Source of the DNA: an uncultured Thermococci archaeon
Lineage (GTDB): Archaea; Methanobacteriota_B; Thermococci; Thermococcales; Thermococcaceae
Assembly: GCA_964615185.1 (NCBI GenBank)
Contig: CAZTOS010000010.1
Span: 1 to 25,182, forward strand
DNA: 25,182 bases
Direction of reading: 5' to 3'
The position numbers and the translations under genes were made by a program. Shown piece by piece: positions 25,090 to 25,182 of this stretch; the stretch's first letter is position 1, and each line of letters opens with the position of its first letter. The notes under the pieces are model-generated. The model did not search any database and had not been told where the DNA came from. It was given only the letters and a program-made list of their open reading frames with translations.

Positions 25090-25182
25090 TACCTCCCCAG
25101 TGATATTTATTTCCAAACTTGGATACTTCCAAAAACTCTTGGTGCTCTTTGATAAGGTAATTATACCACCCGCAGTTTACAG
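25073..25182 (+). CDS. DUF3368/PIN-domain protein (5' part; runs off the right edge)
   Basis: Not in the track. GTG 25073 follows GGAGGAG and translates as MRAVFNTSPVIFISKLGYFQKLLVLFDKVIIPPAVY, clearly paralogous to the N-terminus of 8595-9080. Confidence 0.85.
   Translation, partial: MRAVFNTSPVIFISKLGYFQKLLVLFDKVIIPPAVY

Noticed and set aside
1..25182. CRISPR array, tRNA/rRNA, IS/transposase, integrase, intein
   Set aside because: No regularly spaced repeats, GC-rich structured RNA segments, DDE/tyrosine-recombinase motifs or unexplained in-frame insertions were visible by eye. Small C/D-box sRNAs cannot be excluded without a search.

Overview
This is an AT-rich, gene-dense archaeal window. 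GGTGA/GGAGG ribosome-binding sites, BRE/TATA promoters and the gene content suggest Thermococcales, probably Thermococcus (inference). Bases 1-5148 form a defence island with three parts. The first is a type I restriction-modification locus in which hsdM and hsdS (hsdS runs off the left edge and is missing from the ORF track) are separated by a tightly coupled three-gene insert with its own promoter: a 57-aa basic microprotein, a PIN-domain nuclease and a 60-aa two-TM microprotein. The second is a small putative winged-helix gene, and the third is a divergent AbiEi/AbiEii (type IV TA) pair. The rest is mostly conserved housekeeping: an Ldh_2-family dehydrogenase plus malic enzyme, an ABC permease/ATPase, an NCS2 permease, a DtxR regulator, a class II aldolase, CobO, DUF835, a DmpA peptidase, endonuclease IV, DUF373, an AMMECR1-family protein and RsmB/NOP2. 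Interspersed are two UPF0175/DUF3368(PIN) TA-like pairs, a COG1373-type ATPase and three decayed genes. DtxR-box-like palindromes lie upstream of both dtxR and nfo. I saw no rRNA, tRNA, CRISPR array or transposase. All family calls come from motif recognition by eye; no database search was run.
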